Position numbers and translations under genes: made by a program | Assembly: GCA_051362555.1 (NCBI GenBank) | Contig: CM120648.1 | Span: 13,140,587-13,204,586, forward strand | Source: Lingula anatina | Taxonomy: Eukaryota; Animalia; Brachiopoda | Reading direction: 5' to 3' | DNA length: 64,000 nt | Notes under the pieces: model-generated | What the model was told of the DNA's origin: nothing | Databases searched by the model: none | Seen by the model: only the letters and a program-made list of their open reading frames with translations | In this document: piece after piece, positions 63,401-64,000 of the stretch | Layout: each line of letters begins with the position of its first letter | Numbering within the stretch: position 1 is the stretch's first letter

Positions 63401-64000
63401 GATTATATCTTATAGGGTCAAATGTTTGCAGAAGTTAAGTGTCCTTGGTACCGGGTATAGAAGTGGCCGAAAGCTCGGATTGTATTTAACAACTATAATG
63501 TAGATCTTTCAAGGTGCATCAATATATATACTTCTATTTTTATCAAGATCTATACGGTGAATTAACATGGTACCGGGTATAACACATTAAAATTGTATTA
63601 CCTTGAAATTTGAGTTGTATGTTAATTCATACATGTATCATTAGTAGAACAAAGTGAATAAATCCTGGCCAAATCTAAACAACTTGGGATATGTGAACTT
63701 CGATTTATTTTCATATCTTCTATAAGATTTTAAAAGTTACCGTTCCATTTTGTTCATCTCGACCTCAGTGTCGCCAGTCGTGATTCTTGGGATATTGGGC
63801 TGAAGGCTTTCACCCGCATAAAATGAAATTTTACAGTCAATGCAGTTGAATCTTATTTTACAAAAGTGACTTCTCTATTATTCGATACTGTTACCTCCTG
63901 GTTCCCAGTCTAGCACGCTATCGGTTTCTCTATTCCCCCAAACAACCTCTCTGAATTTTGGGTCTTCTCTTTCTAGTTATGGGACGAATATTCTTTTTTT

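Overview
AT-rich, intron-containing invertebrate (metazoan) genomic DNA; no prokaryotic features. The window has two parts. (1) ~1-30 kb is a large, diverged inverted duplication (arms ~1-15.1 kb and ~19.1-29.6 kb, ~4 kb spacer). It carries two convergent, intact 3-exon paralogues of a ~650-aa cell-surface protein: signal peptide, Ser/Thr-rich stalk, somatomedin-B-like Cys motif, Cys-rich modules like those of invertebrate Methuselah-like/adhesion GPCR ectodomains, and only a single C-terminal hydrophobic anchor. (2) ~31-64 kb is a tandem array of three micro-exon genes (A, B, C) that the ORF track misses as genes. They encode 53-73 aa secreted peptide precursors with a conserved promoter, signal peptide and KVIKR processing site, but a hypervariable mature region; between B and C all five codons inside a C-x5-C loop differ non-synonymously. 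The array is heavily invaded by TEs: a decayed APE/RT LINE with a 2A-like motif, a Tc1 element, a 2.9-kb foldback element, Harbinger- and Kolobok-like MITEs and a satellite. A Tc1-derived MITE and a Penelope remnant lie in the first half. All gene models were built by eye from splice consensus, frame continuity and paralogue comparison; no database searches were run.
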